DNA of 64,000 nucleotides from positions 9,096 through 73,095 of the forward strand of contig JBJXGQ010000160.1 in the NCBI GenBank assembly GCA_046160525.1. Direction: 5' to 3'. The stretch comes from Burkholderiales bacterium (lineage in GTDB: Bacteria; Pseudomonadota; Gammaproteobacteria; Burkholderiales; SHXO01). Shown here one piece after another: positions 28,371-37,424 of the stretch. Below the pieces are notes generated by a model. That model was not told where the DNA came from and did no database searches. It worked only from the letters and a program-made list of their open reading frames with translations. Made by a program: the position numbers and the translations under genes. Position 1 is the first letter of the stretch; the number at the start of each line of letters is the position of its first letter.

Positions 28371-28398
28371 TGTTACCAATTACCGCAACCGGCGTCGC

Positions 28399-29886
28399 AT
28401 GAGAACAACAACCCCCCGTTTTTTTGCATTTCCCCTCGCATCATTCCTCTGGTTTTCGCTCTCGTCCGCCCATGGCGGGGATGGAACGCTGTTTCCTCCA
28501 GGAGCCGCCCAAGCTCCCGACCGCCCCGCCTTCGCGGCCGAAGTACCCAGCGCGCCGCGCCCGAATGCCTTGCCTGCGCCCGCCTTCATGCCCAACCTGA
28601 TGGCCCCGGTGGAGATCGCGGCCCCGCAACTGCTGGACCCAACGCAGATCTCCGAGGAGGAAGCGTCCGATGTCTGGGCCCGCATTCGCCAAGGTTTCGC
28701 AATGCCAGATATCGAAGGGCCGTTGGTGGAAAAACACGAGGACTGGTATTCCGACCGGCCCGATTACATGGCGCGCATGCTAGATCGCAGCCGCCGTTAC
28801 TTGTTCTTCATCGTCGCGGAAATCGAGAAGCGCGATATGCCCATGGAGATCGCCCTGCTCCCCATGATTGAGAGCGCCTACAACCCGCGCGCGGACTCGC
28901 GAATGAAGGCGGCAGGCATGTGGCAGTTCATTCCATCGACGGGAAAACGCTACGGGCTCAAACAAAATTTTTGGTACGACGGTAGGCGCGACGTGATGGA
29001 CGCCACGCGCGCCGCGCTGGACTACTTGCAAACCTTGCACGCGATGTTCGGCGATTGGCAATTAGCACTCGCTGCCTATAATTGGGGGGAAGGAGCAGTA
29101 TCCCGCGCCATCGCCAAGAATCGCGCGGCCGGTAAGCCCACGGACTACGCTAGCTTGACGATGCCGGCGGAAACGCGCAATTACCTTCCCAAGTTGCAGG
29201 CGGTGAAAAATCTCATTGCCGATCCTGAGTCATTTGGGTTCACCATCGAGTCCGTGCCCAATGAGCCTTACTTCACCACGGTGAAGGTGCCAGGGCAGAT
29301 CGATGTCAAGCTGGCGGCGAAGCTCGCCAACATGTCCGTCGAGGAATTTCGTTACTTGAATCCCGCTCACAGCCGCCCTGTAATCCTGCCGGGCGCGGGG
29401 AAACAGCTCCTGGTTCCAGCGGATAAGGCCGATCTTTTCCACGAAAACCTGGAGAACTTCGAAGAACCCCTGGTCACTTGGCAGTCCCACCGGGTACAAA
29501 GGAAAGAGCGCCTTCGCAACGTCGCGCAAAAGTATGGAGTCAGCGTTGAACTCCTGTGCGAAGCGAACGGACTGACTTTGAAATCGCGCCTGCGTCCTGG
29601 GCAATTGGTGCTGGTGCCCGCGAGAAATCCCGCGCGGGCCACCGCCCTTCCGACCCATGCCGACCACGCGGACTTCGCACCCGCCAATAGCGTCGTCCCG
29701 CAGAGAAGGAAGGGACTGTACCGGGTGAAGCGCGGCGAAACGCTGTTCGCTATCGCACGTAAGCATGCGGTTAGCGTGGCTCAATTAAAGTCCTGGAACC
29801 GGCTAAAAGCCAACACCGTGCGGGCGGGCCAGCTCCTTGTGGTCGGGCCGCACCGGGCCCGCGGCCAGAAACTGGCGATGAGCTAG
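28399..29886 (+). CDS. mltD: Membrane-bound lytic murein transglycosylase D-like (SLT domain plus LysM repeats)
   Basis: 495 aa with a signal peptide, a Pro/Ala-rich linker, the SLT catalytic region (LPMIESAYNPRADSRMKAAGMWQFIPSTG...AYNWGEG) and C-terminal LysM repeats (YRVKRGETLFAIARKHAVSVAQLKSWN). Confidence 0.9.
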   Translation: MRTTTPRFFAFPLASFLWFSLSSAHGGDGTLFPPGAAQAPDRPAFAAEVPSAPRPNALPAPAFMPNLMAPVEIAAPQLLDPTQISEEEASDVWARIRQGFAMPDIEGPLVEKHEDWYSDRPDYMARMLDRSRRYLFFIVAEIEKRDMPMEIALLPMIESAYNPRADSRMKAAGMWQFIPSTGKRYGLKQNFWYDGRRDVMDATRAALDYLQTLHAMFGDWQLALAAYNWGEGAVSRAIAKNRAAGKPTDYASLTMPAETRNYLPKLQAVKNLIADPESFGFTIESVPNEPYFTTVKVPGQIDVKLAAKLANMSVEEFRYLNPAHSRPVILPGAGKQLLVPADKADLFHENLENFEEPLVTWQSHRVQRKERLRNVAQKYGVSVELLCEANGLTLKSRLRPGQLVLVPARNPARATALPTHADHADFAPANSVVPQRRKGLYRVKRGETLFAIARKHAVSVAQLKSWNRLKANTVRAGQLLVVGPHRARGQKLAMS

Positions 29887-31886
29887 ATCTCTTTCCCTCC
29901 GTATAGGTGGCACTTGACCACGTGTGTGGATGTCACCTTTACAGCGCCCGGATAGTGCACCCGGCACTGCGCTTCAACCTTCGGACAGCGGGGCGCGAAA
30001 TGACATCCTTGAGGCGGATTGCTAGGCGAGGGTAATTCTCCTTGAAGGCGCACCACCTCGCGCTTAGTGGCCGGGTCGATTCGTGGAACCGCCGATAGCA
30101 AGGCCTGCGTATAAGGGTGTTTAGGCGACCTCAACACCTCCTCCACGGTTCCTGTTTCGACGATGCGTCCCAGATACATCACCGCCACGTGGTGGGCCAA
30201 ATAATCCACCACGGAGATGTTGTGAGTGATGAACAGATAGGCCAACCCCAAGCGTTGTTGTAGGTCACGCAATAGATTGAGGATCTGCGCCTGCACCGAT
30301 ACGTCCAGGGCTGAGGTCGGTTCGTCGCACACAATCAGTTGTGGTTCCACCGCGAGCGCGCGCGCGATGGCAATGCGCTGGCGTTGCCCGCCGGAAAATT
30401 CATGGGGATAGCGGTAGCGCATCTCGGGCGACAGACCCACTTGTTCGAGGAGTTCGTCCACGCGCCGCTCACGCTCTTGCGCTTCGCCTCCAACGCCAAG
30501 CGCCTGCATTCCCTCTTGCACGATATCCATCACCCGCATGCGCGGGTTGAGCGAACTATAGGGATCCTGAAAAATGATCTGCAGCGCCTTGCGGTGCTTG
30601 CGCATGCCTTCGTAGGACAGCGCACTCAATTCGCTTCCCGCGAACTCGATGCTGCCACCCGTCAGTGGGAGAAGTCTCAACAATCCCTTGCCGAGAGTCG
30701 TTTTACCGCACCCGGACTCGCCCACCAAGGCCAAAGTGCGATGAGATGGAATCTCCAGGCCGACGCCGTCCACGGCGCGCACATAACCCACGACGGAACG
30801 CAACACGCCCTTGCGAATTGGGAAATGGATCTCTAGATCCTTGACCGACAGCAGGGGGGCGCCAGCGTTATCTTGCGAGGCTTCTCCTGCCGCCACGGCA
30901 CCCTGGGCAAGCGCCTTCCCTTCGAAGGGAAGATGACACCGCACGCGCTGGCCATGATTCAGATCAACCCACGGCGGCAAGGAGGTGCGGCAATGGGGCA
31001 TCACGTGCTCGCAGCGGTCCGCAAAGCGGCAACCGGAGAATACTTGCGACAGGGATGGCACTACGCCCGGAATCACGGCAAGCGCTTCGCCGCGTCCGCC
31101 GCCGCGCGGCACAGCCTCGAACAATTTGCGGGAATAAGGATGCGCGGGCCGGCTGAAAAATGTCTCGCGCGCTGCGATCTCAACCAATTCACCCGCGTAC
31201 ATCACCCCTACGCGATGCGCCATCTCAGCCACCACGCCAAGATCGTGGGTGATGAGCAAGACCGCCATGCCGCGCTCTTTCTGCATGCCACGTAACAACT
31301 CCAGCACTTGTGCCTGAATGGTGACGTCCAGCGCTGTGGTAGGTTCATCGGCCACCAACAGGCTAGGGTCGCAAGCGAGCGCCATGGCAATCATCACACG
31401 CTGCTTCATGCCGCCCGACATCTGGAAAGGGTATTCCCCCATGCGCCTTGCGGCATCGGGAATACCCACCGCACCCAGCAGTTCGGTGCAGCGGGTGCGC
31501 GCCGCGGAACCACGCAATGGCGTGTGCTGTACCAGCACCTCCTCAATTTGCGCTCCCACACTCATCACGGCATTCAAACTGGCGGCGGGCTCCTGGAAAA
31601 TCATCGCCATGCGATCGCCCCGTACGGCGCGCATGGCGGATTCCGGCAATGCCAGAATATCGAGTCCATTCAGGCATACCTGGCCCGAAACGATGCGGGC
31701 TGCGTCGGGTAACAGACGCATGAGGGACAACGCGGTCATGGACTTGCCGCAACCGGATTCCCCGAGTAATGCAAAGGTTTCGGCGGGCTCAATGGTGAAG
31801 GACACGCCATCCACGGCTCGCAGGGGTGCCGCCCCCGCATCGATCCAGGTGACCAGATCTATAACCTCAAGCAGCGGCGCGCTCAT
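29883..31886 (-). CDS. yejF: ABC transporter ATP-binding protein with two fused ATPase domains (YejF-type)
   Basis: Start at ATG 31886 (MSAPLLEVIDL...), in an ATGA overlap with the yejE stop. Two Walker A sites (GESGCGKS twice) and two signature motifs (MSGGMKQR, FSGGQRQR) are present. The track ORF is over-extended to 32354. Confidence 0.92.
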   Translation of the reverse strand: MSAPLLEVIDLVTWIDAGAAPLRAVDGVSFTIEPAETFALLGESGCGKSMTALSLMRLLPDAARIVSGQVCLNGLDILALPESAMRAVRGDRMAMIFQEPAASLNAVMSVGAQIEEVLVQHTPLRGSAARTRCTELLGAVGIPDAARRMGEYPFQMSGGMKQRVMIAMALACDPSLLVADEPTTALDVTIQAQVLELLRGMQKERGMAVLLITHDLGVVAEMAHRVGVMYAGELVEIAARETFFSRPAHPYSRKLFEAVPRGGGRGEALAVIPGVVPSLSQVFSGCRFADRCEHVMPHCRTSLPPWVDLNHGQRVRCHLPFEGKALAQGAVAAGEASQDNAGAPLLSVKDLEIHFPIRKGVLRSVVGYVRAVDGVGLEIPSHRTLALVGESGCGKTTLGKGLLRLLPLTGGSIEFAGSELSALSYEGMRKHRKALQIIFQDPYSSLNPRMRVMDIVQEGMQALGVGGEAQERERRVDELLEQVGLSPEMRYRYPHEFSGGQRQRIAIARALAVEPQLIVCDEPTSALDVSVQAQILNLLRDLQQRLGLAYLFITHNISVVDYLAHHVAVMYLGRIVETGTVEEVLRSPKHPYTQALLSAVPRIDPATKREVVRLQGELPSPSNPPQGCHFAPRCPKVEAQCRVHYPGAVKVTSTHVVKCHLYGGKEI

Positions 31887-33343
31887 CGTGGTGGCGCGGC
31901 CAGAGCCAAGCGGCGCCTGAAAGACAATGACCATCCCGAGCGCATGCGCGGATCGAAGGCATCTCGCACACAATCGGCAAACAGGTTCGCGGATAGCACC
32001 AGTAAAAACATGAACACGAATGCGGCGGCAAGCGACCACCACACGGCAGGCTCGCGCGCCAGCTCCAGCCTGGCATTGTTGATCATGGTGCCGAAGCTGA
32101 TCATGGACGGATCCACTCCGACGCCCACATAGGACAGCACTGCCTCGGCCAGCACCAATCCGCTGAAGTCCATCACGATGGATATCAGAACGATGTGCAT
32201 GAGGTTGGGCAACAGGTGCCGCACCATGACACGCCAGTGACTCACTCCCAGCGCGTGAGCGGCCTGGACGTAATCGGACTCGCGGAGCTTCAAGGCTTCC
32301 CCCCGAAGAAGGCGGCACAACCCTGTCCAGGAAGTGATACCGAGGATGACGCACAGGAGCAACAGCCGCACGTCGGCCCGTTCGGTGAGCGTTTCGAATA
32401 ATTCTGGATGGCGGTCCATCCAGACTTGGCTCAACAACACCGAAGCCGCGATGAGCAAGACCCCGGGGATCGAATTAAGTGTGGTGTAAACGTACTGGAT
32501 GATATCGTCCACCCAGCCGCGTAAGTACCCCGCCATGACACCGAGCGCGAGTGCAAACGGCAACACGATAAGCGTGGTGAGCGTGCCGATGACCAGGCCA
32601 GTGCGAATGCTTTTCAGCGTTTGGTAAAGCACGTCCTGGCCTACCTTGTCGGTGCCAAAGACGTGGTAGCGCACACTTAGCATGAGGACAGGGCAGACCA
32701 CCAACAAGAGCAAGCCCAGCGTGATAAGCATGGCCCGCCATGGAACTTCCGATTCACCGCGGATCATCTGCGTCACGATCGCGCCGAACGAAGCGTTCCG
32801 GCCTTGGGCAATCCATGCCGCCACTGCCATGGAAATCGCAATCCATAGCCCGATGGCCAATCCGGCCCCGCCCATGACGCGGCGAGCTATGTCGGCATGG
32901 CGTTGCTCTTGCGGATCATTGAGATGCGCCCCTGCGTGCCTAAGTCTTGGAAACTCGCGCGACTGCGTACCATCGGCCTTTGTGACGGTTTCCTTGGCGA
33001 AGGAGTACACCGCCAGGGGCTCCGAGTAGGTCTTCTCCGTACGGGTGCGCACAGGCGCGGTAAACACGTCGAGCACACTGAGCACTTCGGCCGCGTAATT
33101 GGCACGGCCTTGGTTATCCTTGCTGTCCAGGCGCGCGCGAAAATGCATTGAGTCCAGCATGCCTACCAGCACGAAACACAACAAGACGACCAAGGCGCAC
33201 ATTCCATAGGCACTTCGGGCCACCTTACGCCAGGGCGCCAGGAGATGCTCGCGGCGCCTCACATAGGAAATGAAGACCACTACCGACACCAATAGCACAT
33301 AGACCAGCAAGTCCGTCCAAAGAAATACGGGTTTGAAGGGCAT
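31883..33343 (-). CDS. yejE: ABC transporter permease (YejE-type) with a long N-terminal extension
   Basis: Start at ATG 33343 (MPFKPVFLWTDLL...), in a TAATG overlap with the yejB stop. The C-terminal half is a BPD-type permease core. The track ORF is over-extended to 33871. Confidence 0.88.
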   Translation of the reverse strand: MPFKPVFLWTDLLVYVLLVSVVVFISYVRRREHLLAPWRKVARSAYGMCALVVLLCFVLVGMLDSMHFRARLDSKDNQGRANYAAEVLSVLDVFTAPVRTRTEKTYSEPLAVYSFAKETVTKADGTQSREFPRLRHAGAHLNDPQEQRHADIARRVMGGAGLAIGLWIAISMAVAAWIAQGRNASFGAIVTQMIRGESEVPWRAMLITLGLLLLVVCPVLMLSVRYHVFGTDKVGQDVLYQTLKSIRTGLVIGTLTTLIVLPFALALGVMAGYLRGWVDDIIQYVYTTLNSIPGVLLIAASVLLSQVWMDRHPELFETLTERADVRLLLLCVILGITSWTGLCRLLRGEALKLRESDYVQAAHALGVSHWRVMVRHLLPNLMHIVLISIVMDFSGLVLAEAVLSYVGVGVDPSMISFGTMINNARLELAREPAVWWSLAAAFVFMFLLVLSANLFADCVRDAFDPRMRSGWSLSFRRRLALAAPPR

Positions 33344-34320
33344 TAGCGCAGCCTCACCCGCGGGTCGGCGAGAGTGTATGAAATGTCCGTCAACATGAGA
33401 CCGAGGATGTAGAGGAACGAACCGAGAAATACCATGGATCGAACGATCTGAAAATCTTGCGACTGGATCGCATCGATGGTGTAACTCCCCAGGCCCGGGA
33501 TACCGAAGAAGGATTCCATGACCAAGCTGCCGATGAACAAGCTGGGGATCGCCACAACTACTCCGGTGAGTATGGGAATCATGCCATTGCGCAGAACATG
33601 ACCGAACAGCACCTTCGCCTCGGACAATCCCTTCGCCCGCGCGGTGCGCACATAGTCCTTGCCCATCTCTTCCAGAAAGATCGTGCGATACAGCCGTGCG
33701 CTCGCACCGATTCCTCCAACCACGCCAATGAGCACAGGCAGCACGACGAAGCGCCAGCCTTCCGAACCACCCGTATAACCTGAAATGGGTACCCAGTGCC
33801 ACAGTTTGCTGACTAGCCACTGGCCGCCGATGATGTAGAACAATCCGGAAACCGACATGGCTGCCACGCACAATACGACGCCCCAGAAATCCACTTGCGT
33901 CGCCCGAAAGAAAGCGAGCACCAGGGCAATGCTGATGTAGCAGGCCAACCCAGCGAGGAAACTCGGCAGCGCAATCGCCAGGCTAGGCCACATGCGCTGC
34001 TCGATCTCGTACCCGATATCGCGCCCGTCATCGGAGGTACCGAAATCGAAATAAAACAAGCTGGCGGATTTCTGAAAAAACACCGTATCGGTGAGTGTCG
34101 TGAGCCCTTCCGCCCGCTCATTCACGAACATGGGCTTGTTGTAGCCACGCTCGGCCTTCCACTTTTCTATGGCTTCCGGAGTAACGCGTTTTTGTCCCAA
34201 TTGCATTTGGGCCATGTCGTCCGGCGAGTTCACGTAAAAAAACAGCGCGAAGGTAAACAGATTGACCCCGATTAATACGGGAATCGCGTAAAGAACCCGG
34301 CGGATGAGATACGCGAACAT
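33343..34320 (-). CDS. yejB: ABC transporter permease (YejB-type)
   Basis: Start at ATG 34320; MFAYLIRRVLYAIPVLIGVNLFTF is the typical DppB/YejB N-terminus. It begins 4 nt after the yejA stop. Confidence 0.9.
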   Translation of the reverse strand: MFAYLIRRVLYAIPVLIGVNLFTFALFFYVNSPDDMAQMQLGQKRVTPEAIEKWKAERGYNKPMFVNERAEGLTTLTDTVFFQKSASLFYFDFGTSDDGRDIGYEIEQRMWPSLAIALPSFLAGLACYISIALVLAFFRATQVDFWGVVLCVAAMSVSGLFYIIGGQWLVSKLWHWVPISGYTGGSEGWRFVVLPVLIGVVGGIGASARLYRTIFLEEMGKDYVRTARAKGLSEAKVLFGHVLRNGMIPILTGVVVAIPSLFIGSLVMESFFGIPGLGSYTIDAIQSQDFQIVRSMVFLGSFLYILGLMLTDISYTLADPRVRLR

Positions 34321-34324
34321 CGCC

Positions 34325-36481
34325 TTACACCGCCCCCAGCGCCGCGGCCCGCTCCCGGCGGCGGTAGAGGACAACTCCAGAACTGGCCACTGCCGCAAGC
34401 ACGCAAACTAGCAATACCGCGGGCCAAATTACGGGACGATTCCATCGCTCGCGCAATACATCGCGTTGTTGTGCGTCCACGCGCAGGTATTTAAGGCTAT
34501 TGTTGGCCATCTTGTTGGGCTTGCGATTGGCGATCCACTTATGGCCCAACCCATATTCCTTGGGATGCAGCCCCCAGATCCAAGGCGAATCGCTGCGCGC
34601 AATGGCAAGCATCTTGTCCACGACGGCTTGGCGCTCGGGCCCATTTTCCATCTCTCGCATCTGCTCGAACAAGCGGTCGTATTCGGGATTGGCGTAGTTG
34701 GAGGCATTTTGCCCGCTGCTCTTCACCTTGCCTTGCGGGCCGTATAGCAAGAACAGAAAGTTTTCCGGATCGGGATAATCGGCGTTCCATCCCCAGCGAT
34801 AAATCTGCGCGGTGCCTTTACGCATTTTCTCTTGAAACCGGTTGTAGTCCGTATTGCGCACTACCAGTTCGATATCGACCTTCTTAAATTGCTTCACCAA
34901 CCAGTCCACCATGGGTTTGCCCTGCGCACCAACCAATGTCGTATCGAAATGTAGAGTGAGTGGTTTTCCCGTGCGCGCATCGATTCCGTTGCCGTACCCC
35001 GCCTGGCTAAGTAACTGTTTCGCCTCATCCAGCGAACGGCGCTGCGGTTCATTGTTGCGCCATTGGTAAACGATGGGATTCATCCCCGCCTGGCCCTCCA
35101 AGTAGCCGAAGATTCCAGGCGCGAGAGGCCCTTGCCCTGCGACGCCACGCCCATTCATGAAAATGGCGATATATTCCTCGACGTCAAAGGCAATGGAAAT
35201 GGCCTGGCGGAGTTTGCGCGCGGATTCTCCGTCACCCCCCACCACCGGGTCGAGCATATTGAATCCGTAATAGCTGATGGATGGCGCCACTCCCGTGCGA
35301 AGTTCGATGCCCTGCGCAAGCATCTCCTCCGTCAATTGAGCGTCACCCGTGCCGGAAACCTCGATCACGCGGTCAAAGTTATCCGAGGAAATTCCCGAGC
35401 TGTCGTAATAGCCTTGCAGAAACTTATTCCAGCCTGGGATCGCTTCCTTCTCCAAACTGTAGATCACCTTCTCAATGAATGGTAGAGGCTTGCCCGCGCC
35501 GGCGAGCATGCCCGAGGCCATGTCCTCCGGCTCTCCTTCCGATGGATAAGTCTCCACAAAATAATTGGGATTGCGTTCCATCACCATTTGCCGGTTGGGA
35601 TTGTTCACCGACAGCATGTAGGGGCCGCTACCCACCGGATACCAGTCGAAATTCAAATTGCGTTTCTCCATGCCCGCTTGCGAATAAAAGCGGCCGGCTT
35701 CCGCGGGGATGGGCGCGAAAAAGGGCATGGCCAGCCAATAGACAAACTGGGGATACTTTCCCTTCACCTTGATGGTGTAGGTGTAGCGATCCGTCGCGTA
35801 GGCCCCAGCCAGCGCATGACGGTTTAGATCCAAGTAACCCTGGGCGGCGAGCCCTTTTGCATCCTCCTTCAGCAATTGCGCATACTCATTCAACCCGGCG
35901 ATGTACTCGCTCATCAAGCCAAAGATGGGGGAATGCAGGCGCGGATGGGCCAGGCGTTTAATCTGGTAGACGAAATCCTCCGCCACCACCTCCCTGGAAC
36001 CGGTGCTTTTGAAATCCCGCAGTTCGTGTACCTCTGCAAGGTCCGCTTCAGACAACGCCAGATATTTGGGTTGGCCCGAGGCGTTGAGCGCAAAAGCCGG
36101 GTGCGGCTGGTAATGCATTCCGGGCTTGATCTTGATCTCATACAAGCTGTAGGAGATATCGCGTGCGTTGGCATCCTTGGGTAGCTCGCGATCATGGGCA
36201 TCGAAGTACCGCGGTTGGGGCACAGACTCCGCGGCGAAGGGAATCAGTTCGTAGGGCCGTTTTAGATAATGGTATTGAAGCGGAGGCGTATAGATCTGGG
36301 CGATGAACAAATACTCATTCTCGGAATAGGATTGCACCGGGTCCAAGTGCTTAGGCCGCTCGGAGAAAGTCGAGTAGAAAATATTCTGGCCGCCCTGCTC
36401 CGCTGGATAGGGGTTGTTCCATGGCCGCTCACAGGCACCAAGCAACGCGGTAATGGCCAAGCACGCCAGTCGAATATTCAT
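34325..36481 (-). CDS. yejA: ABC transporter family-5 substrate-binding lipoprotein (YejA-type) with a C-terminal hydrophobic anchor
   Basis: Start at ATG 36481; MNIRLACLAITALLGAC is a lipobox. It has a family-5 SBP body (MERNPNYF) and ends with VIWPAVLLVCVLAAVASSGVVLYRRRER. Confidence 0.88.
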   Translation of the reverse strand: MNIRLACLAITALLGACERPWNNPYPAEQGGQNIFYSTFSERPKHLDPVQSYSENEYLFIAQIYTPPLQYHYLKRPYELIPFAAESVPQPRYFDAHDRELPKDANARDISYSLYEIKIKPGMHYQPHPAFALNASGQPKYLALSEADLAEVHELRDFKSTGSREVVAEDFVYQIKRLAHPRLHSPIFGLMSEYIAGLNEYAQLLKEDAKGLAAQGYLDLNRHALAGAYATDRYTYTIKVKGKYPQFVYWLAMPFFAPIPAEAGRFYSQAGMEKRNLNFDWYPVGSGPYMLSVNNPNRQMVMERNPNYFVETYPSEGEPEDMASGMLAGAGKPLPFIEKVIYSLEKEAIPGWNKFLQGYYDSSGISSDNFDRVIEVSGTGDAQLTEEMLAQGIELRTGVAPSISYYGFNMLDPVVGGDGESARKLRQAISIAFDVEEYIAIFMNGRGVAGQGPLAPGIFGYLEGQAGMNPIVYQWRNNEPQRRSLDEAKQLLSQAGYGNGIDARTGKPLTLHFDTTLVGAQGKPMVDWLVKQFKKVDIELVVRNTDYNRFQEKMRKGTAQIYRWGWNADYPDPENFLFLLYGPQGKVKSSGQNASNYANPEYDRLFEQMREMENGPERQAVVDKMLAIARSDSPWIWGLHPKEYGLGHKWIANRKPNKMANNSLKYLRVDAQQRDVLRERWNRPVIWPAVLLVCVLAAVASSGVVLYRRRERAAALGAV

Positions 36482-36589
36482 GGTGTTTCGAGTGTACCGG
36501 AAAGCGGGCGCGGGATAGACCACCGCGAACACAACGGTATGCCAATAGGCTATTGGCTATAATCGCCGCGCCTTCAACGGGAGCCATTC

Positions 36590-37381
36590 ATGGGATTTCT
36601 CAACGATAAAAAAATTCTGATCACCGGTTTATTAAGCAACCGCTCCATCGCTTACGGCATCGCCCAGGCGGCCCGCCGTGAGGGTGCGCAGCTTGCCTTC
36701 ACCTACCAAGGCGAGCGGGTGAGAGACCGCGTGTTGGAACTCGCCGCGGAGTTCGAGTCATCCTTGGTGTTTCCTTGCGATGTTGCCTTGGACGAGGAAA
36801 TCGCCACCTTATTTTCCGGCTTAGGTAAGAGCTGGGATGGGCTAGATGGGCTCGTGCACTCCATCGCATTCGCGCCACGCGAGGCGCTGGCGGCCGATTT
36901 CGTGGATGGCACCACGCGCGAAGCCTTTCGCATCGCCCATGACATCAGTTCCTACAGCTTCACCGCGCTTGCGCGCGCGGCACTGCCCATGATGGAGGGA
37001 CGCAAGGCTTCCCTCATCTGCCTCACGTACTTGGGGGCCGAACGCGCCATGCCGAACTACAACGTGATGGGCTTGGCCAAAGCGAGTCTGGAAGCCAATA
37101 CCCGTTACATGGCCTTTAGCCTGGGGCCTCGCGGGATTCGCGTGAACGCGATATCGGCGGGCCCCATCAAGACCCTCGCCGCCGCGGGCATCAGCGGTTT
37201 TGGGAAAATGCTCGGTGTAACGGAAAAATCCGCGCCACTACGGCGCAACACCACGATAGAGGATGTGGGAAACGCCGCTGCATTTCTTTTGGCGGACCTC
37301 TCCGCCGGTATTACCGGGGAAGTCGTGCACGTCGACTGTGGATTCCACGTGACCGCGTTCGCGGGTGCCCTTGGGGACTAG
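36590..37381 (+). CDS. fabI: Enoyl-[acyl-carrier-protein] reductase (NADH)
   Basis: 263 aa. [25 protein letters not shown] and [17 protein letters not shown] are the canonical FabI Y-x6-K region. Confidence 0.96.
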   Translation: MGFLNDKKILITGLLSNRSIAYGIAQAARREGAQLAFTYQGERVRDRVLELAAEFESSLVFPCDVALDEEIATLFSGLGKSWDGLDGLVHSIAFAPREALAADFVDGTTREAFRIAHDISSYSFTALARAALPMMEGRKASLICLTYLGAERAMPNYNVMGLAKASLEANTRYMAFSLGPRGIRVNAISAGPIKTLAAAGISGFGKMLGVTEKSAPLRRNTTIEDVGNAAAFLLADLSAGITGEVVHVDCGFHVTAFAGALGD

Positions 37382-37397
37382 AGTAGCCATCATGCTT

Positions 37398-37420
37398 GGG
37401 TAGGGCGCGCGGCCCTACCC
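37398..37420. terminator. GC-rich hairpin between convergent fabI and ppiD (bidirectional terminator candidate)
   Basis: 9-bp stem GGGTAGGGC / GCCCTACCC with a 5-nt loop. It lies 17 nt after the fabI stop and 5 nt before the ppiD stop. The U-tract is weak. Confidence 0.5.
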
Positions 37421-37424
37421 CGCC

